A stretch of 64,000 nucleotides of DNA from Octopus sinensis (Eukaryota). The stretch spans positions 134,974,001 through 135,038,000 of the forward strand of contig NC_042999.1 in NCBI RefSeq assembly GCF_006345805.1, read 5' to 3'. Positions 61,556-64,000 of the stretch are shown in pieces. Below the pieces are notes generated by a model. The model worked only from the letters and a program-made list of their open reading frames with translations. It did not search any database and was not told the DNA's origin. Position numbers and translations under genes: made by a program. Within the stretch, counting starts at the first letter, position 1, and every line of letters begins with the position of its first letter.

Positions 61556-63125
61556 TACATGTAGGATCTTGCAGGCATGAAGTGGATTCGATCCACCATA
61601 GCCAAATTTAAATTAACACTGCAACAGAACTTTTCCCGCAGTGGAACAATGGTTTTTCTGTGAAAGCAGTTTTACATTTTCCAGATGCCGTTAGCTAGGC
61701 CGAAATAATGTCTTCACCACTAGACCCTTATAACCTCTTCTACTTCACCAAAAACCAGAATAGAGAGTCTGGCATGTAAGCATAAAGCTCATAGGGAAGC
61801 CCATCCAAACTAGGCGATTTACCCCTCATGCAGCTAGCCATTACTTCCTGTATTTCAAAGGCTGTTATCGGCCTTTCGCAGCACTCCACCTCCGTTGCCG
61901 AGAGCCGCATCAGTCTGTCAAAGTGGGATGTGAAATCTATCCAGCTCACCGCTGCTCCCTAACAGTTGAGCGAAGTGCCACTGAAAGGCCGCAACATCTG
62001 TCTTAGATCAGTTATCATTTGCTCATCGTGGTCTGGCAAGGATCGGATCATAGATTTATTGCCACATCTTGCCTCTGCCATTCGGGCCCATTGACTGGTT
62101 TTTGTCTTTTCATATCTAAGTGCTCATGCCTTAGCTCTGGCAATACAAATTTTGTGTTTCTCATTGGAGAATTGGTTGAGTACCAATCTCGCTGCAAGCA
62201 CGTCGGTTGTGATGCCTTGTCTAACTTTTTGACTAGCCCTGCCTCTACTCTGTTTCTTTCTACTAGTCCTTTGCTAAGGCTTATCAATTGTTTTCTAATC
62301 GCCCTTTTCAGGGCAAACCACCATTTATTGTTCATTACTGCCCCTGTCAATGCCCTTTTAACTAGTTCACTAATCTGGTCGCTGAAATCTTTATGCACCA
62401 GCAACATGTTCAGCTTCCAGTAACCAGGTCCCCATCTGTGAAGCCTATCTAAATTGACTGTACAGATCATGAATTCGTGGTATGTGTAATCGACTACTTT
62501 AAACTGTAGACAACCTTTGCTATCCTTATCTGCTACTCTACAGAATGTCCTATCGAGGAAATAATCTGGATGATCCAATGTAGTTTGACCAGGTCCACAC
62601 TGGAACATCCAGGAAATCCAATCAATACCTGTCAGACATTTGGAATCGTCTGAGTAGGTTTGTGAGACTTTTGCACCCTCCTCTCATATCTACTAAACCT
62701 ATATAGTCCTCCCTTACATCTAAAACTCCATTCCAATCCCCACCTAACACTAAAGAGCAGGACATTCCCAGACATCTGAAGGAATCTGGTAGTCTTGTCC
62801 CTGCCAGAGTATAGACGGCAACTAGCCTGAAAGTATGTCCTTCACTGCCTGTCATATCCAGGACTACCGACTTACCTTCCAGATCCATGAAGATCGTCTG
62901 TATTGCAAGATCCAGATTTCTATGAACCATCACGGCGACTCCACCTCCAGCTTCCGGACGACTTGGAGATACATACACCTCATAGTCGTCAAAAATGAGT
63001 CAGAAGTCCCATGAGTCGGAGATTCTGCTTTCACTAATGGCCACTATGTCGACATTCAGTGCCTTGAAGTCCTTCAGGTGACCCCACTTCTAAAGCAACC
63101 CCAGGCCACGTACATTCATGCTACC
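61556..63125 (-). mobile_element. Degraded, internally deleted L1/Tx1-clade LINE
   Basis: APE endonuclease remnants NVRGL, GGGVAV, RLVAVY, GGDWN, LDRTF and GPGYWKLN; GKSPSLDGLPYELY joined directly to the 3' end. Confidence 0.85.
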
Positions 63126-63559
63126 TGTTTTGTACACGACCATGGTATCGGAAAAAGGAAAGAAAAGAAAAGAAAACTTACTTGGTTTTGTTTGGAGGGG
63201 TGGATTGCCCATCCAAACAAAACCAAGTAAGTTTTCTTTTTCTTTGGCTTGGGGTGTTTCCAACAGTAAATCACCAAGAATTCTCTTGGTGATATTCCCT
63301 CAAAAATCTCCAATTTCCTGTGAGAATTAGGTTTTTAAGTGTGTATATGTTTTTTGTGTTGTTTGAATGATTTGTATGTATGCAGGAAGGGAGATTGTGG
63401 GTATGACAAAATCGTCTGGTGTAATGTTTGTGTGTGTGTTATTATGTACTTCATTAATTCATTGTTTTTTGTGCTTATTGCCATGTAGTTGTTGGTTGAC
63501 TTCTAGTGCACTCTGTGTATGTGTATGTATATACATATATATATATATGTATGTATGTA

Positions 63560-64000
63560 TGTATGTAGCGGATCTTGCCTGCATGAGTCGGATTCGGTCC
63601 ACCATAGCCAAATTTAAATTAACACTGCTACAGAACTTTTCCTACAATTAAACAATGGTTTTTCTCTGACAGCAGTTTTACATCTTCCAGATGCCTTTAG
63701 CTAGGCCGAAATAATGTCTTCACCACTAGACCCTTTCTAACCTCTTCTACTTCACCAAAAGCTAGAATAGAGATAACAAGACCACCAACTAAATCTATTG
63801 TTCTCAATAATATATCTATCCTTCTGGATCTTTATATAAGCAAGCACACCCCAAGCAAAAATCGGTTCATCACAGCCATGACAACTCAACGGAGTCTGGT
63901 TGACCAGCTAGGGAGAAAGCAACTGTGAGACAACACCCTACAATTCTCTCTAGCACTAATCCTGTCCCTTACAACATCATTCTATCTCTCTCTGTAATTA
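63560..64000 (-). mobile_element. 3' end of a second L1/Tx1 copy with (TACA)n tail
   Basis: Direct repeat of 61556-61770; continues matching 7685-7960. Confidence 0.7.

Overview
AT-rich, repeat-dense eukaryotic DNA. The SINE, LINE and MITE content resembles an octopus (coleoid cephalopod) genome; this is an inference and no database was searched. Almost the whole window is one minus-strand gene, HSD17B4 (peroxisomal multifunctional enzyme type 2: SDR dehydrogenase + hydratase-2 + SCP2). I traced 22 GT-AG coding exons by hand from the ATG at 61269 (context ACTGCCATGG) down to 2549, giving 2103 nt (701 codons) with consistent splice phases. The last exon, which should carry the PTS1 signal, is not in the window. 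The introns contain CR1/L2, RTE, R4/Dong and L1/Tx1 LINE fragments, at least 3 tRNA-type SINE families, mariner, piggyBac and hAT elements, microsatellites and a recent ~585-bp triplication. The least ordinary signals are: (1) five long intronic inverted repeats or palindromes, with both frame-intact CR1 copies inserted inside an arm of one; (2) RTE 3' UTR arrays whose units keep two mini-hairpin stems while the loops vary; (3) a miRNA-sized hairpin that pairs fully only on the host-gene strand; (4) a possible 6.7-kb nested hAT relic. There is no CRISPR array, tRNA gene or rRNA gene.
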